DNA of 64,000 nt from Yuukianura sp. NJ FZ-2021 (Eukaryota). The translations under genes were made by a program, and so were the position numbers. Shown here piece by piece: positions 62,601-64,000 of the stretch (its first letter is position 1; each line of letters opens with the position of its first letter). A model generated the notes under the pieces. That model saw only the letters and a list, made by a program, of their open reading frames with translations, did not search any database and was not told where the DNA came from. The DNA lies in contig CM102287.1 of assembly GCA_046563655.1 (NCBI GenBank), positions 8,060,001-8,124,000 of the forward strand, in the 5' to 3' direction.

Positions 62601-64000
62601 AATGGTTTGGAACGATGAATCTTCGAGAACAAAACTTCCAATTTTTCTCATCATAATTTTTTTTCGGTGTTTTTCGTCCTGGGAGACTCTCCTATCTCAC
62701 TGAGAAAAAAATATAAAAACCGAAACTGAAATTTAGGGGAGGTAGAAGGCTGTGGTGGTGCAGAAAATGGTTTTGACAATGGATGGTTTCTTATCTGGCT
62801 TTCCCTATTTCATCAAGTTTGAACTTGGGGAGAGTTCCCATGGTCCTCATCATCCAATTTTAATTAACTTTTTAAATTAACACTCTCCAAAAAATAAGTT
62901 AAGCTCAGATCGATTCAAAATTTTGAATAATTTCAAAACCGGTCACAACGTAACAATAAAATTGAGTCACAAATTTCAAAAACTTCTTTCAGTTTTCTTT
63001 TTTGCAAATAACGTGAGGGCTTTCGTATGAAGTTGGTTTCTTTTCAAAATCGAAAGATTCAAAATGAACGCAAAGATGAATATGTTTTGACTGAAAAGTT
63101 CAAAATGTTTTACGTAGTTGAGAATATTTTGATCTGCGGGAGAAGCTAGGGACGCGGAAGAGGAGGCTTACGGTGGAATGGGAAACGACGTGATATGAAA
63201 GACCAATTTGATCATATTATTTCCTTCATATTTTATATCAAAAACCGAAAAAAATATGGAATCCAATGGAGGAGAACCCGCCTTCGGGGGAGGTTGACTT
63301 TGAGCAGACGGCGAGGGATCGCGTGGCAGGGTGAGCCTAACCGAATTCGGAGCACATCTTTGTCATAAGTTGAGCACAGCCGTCGACAGGGAAAGGATGG
63401 AACATTGTTCACAGATCTTCATTCACCAACCGAAGGAGATTAGATTAGGGAATAATGCACAAGGTATTTCATCTCAGCTCCCTCCCAACATAACATCCAG
63501 AATACTAATCACCAACTACTTTCTCCAATATCTTCATCACAACTTCAATACCTAACATTACCATACTACAAGTTAGGTTATACGAACTTTAACCAACTAC
63601 ATATGTCAGGCTAGCCTAACTTCACAATTTAGGTTTTAACTAGGTTAACCAACTCACACGCTCTTGCCACGCATTGGCTTGATTTGACTTTCACCGACTG
63701 GGTGAGACTAATACAAGGAATAGCGGATATTCTTCTGCTCCTTCCGCATAACGAACAAAAAAACATCAGTTTTCCACTTTTGTTCATCAAGATTGTATCT
63801 TTTGTTTAAAAACGACTTGGAGTTGATGCGAATAATGCTAACGAGGCCGTTAAGATGTTTTGGTATGCAGTAGTAGTTAGACTGCAAGAATAAGGGAGAT
63901 ACTCAAGTAATGATACAATTTGTTGACATGAAGAGAGTGTGCATGCCTAGTACTTTTTGGAAGAAAAGTGAAGCTGAAGGCCAATCTGTCAGAGACTAAA
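20630..64000. other. Non-coding Hox regulatory/intronic region 5' of the Antp coding exons (expected Ubx side)
   Basis: No ORF with a recognisable domain in 43 kb, and many homeodomain-type motifs. The Ubx-side assignment assumes the ancestral Hox gene order. Confidence 0.55.

Overview
This is eukaryotic, AT-rich arthropod DNA (hexapod/pancrustacean-like) from a Hox cluster. The only protein-coding gene I can support is Antennapedia on the minus strand. I reconstruct four coding exons (20301-19470, 15755-15604, 15339-15270, 14886-14867; 1074 nt, 357 aa). The protein has the MTSYF N-terminus, a PYPRFPPYDRLD block, the YPWM hexapeptide and a canonical Antp homeodomain. Its structure is atypical: one intron splits the recognition helix (WFQ^NRR), another probably splits the C-terminal tail, and the N-terminal region carries a KGY(x)D peptide repeat. 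The putative 3' UTR holds a cluster of miR-iab-4/iab-8 seed sites. The remaining ~57 kb is non-coding with no recognisable transposon ORFs, but it is structured. An exact 9-mer (GGAGAAAGT) occurs at least 25 times. There are also recurring ~0.5-1 kb modules of a G/T-rich arm, a central motif cluster (AAGGGCCCTT-like palindromes plus TTTATG Hox/Cad sites) and a C/A-rich arm, separated by A/T tracts. All counts were made by eye, and no database search or computation was run.
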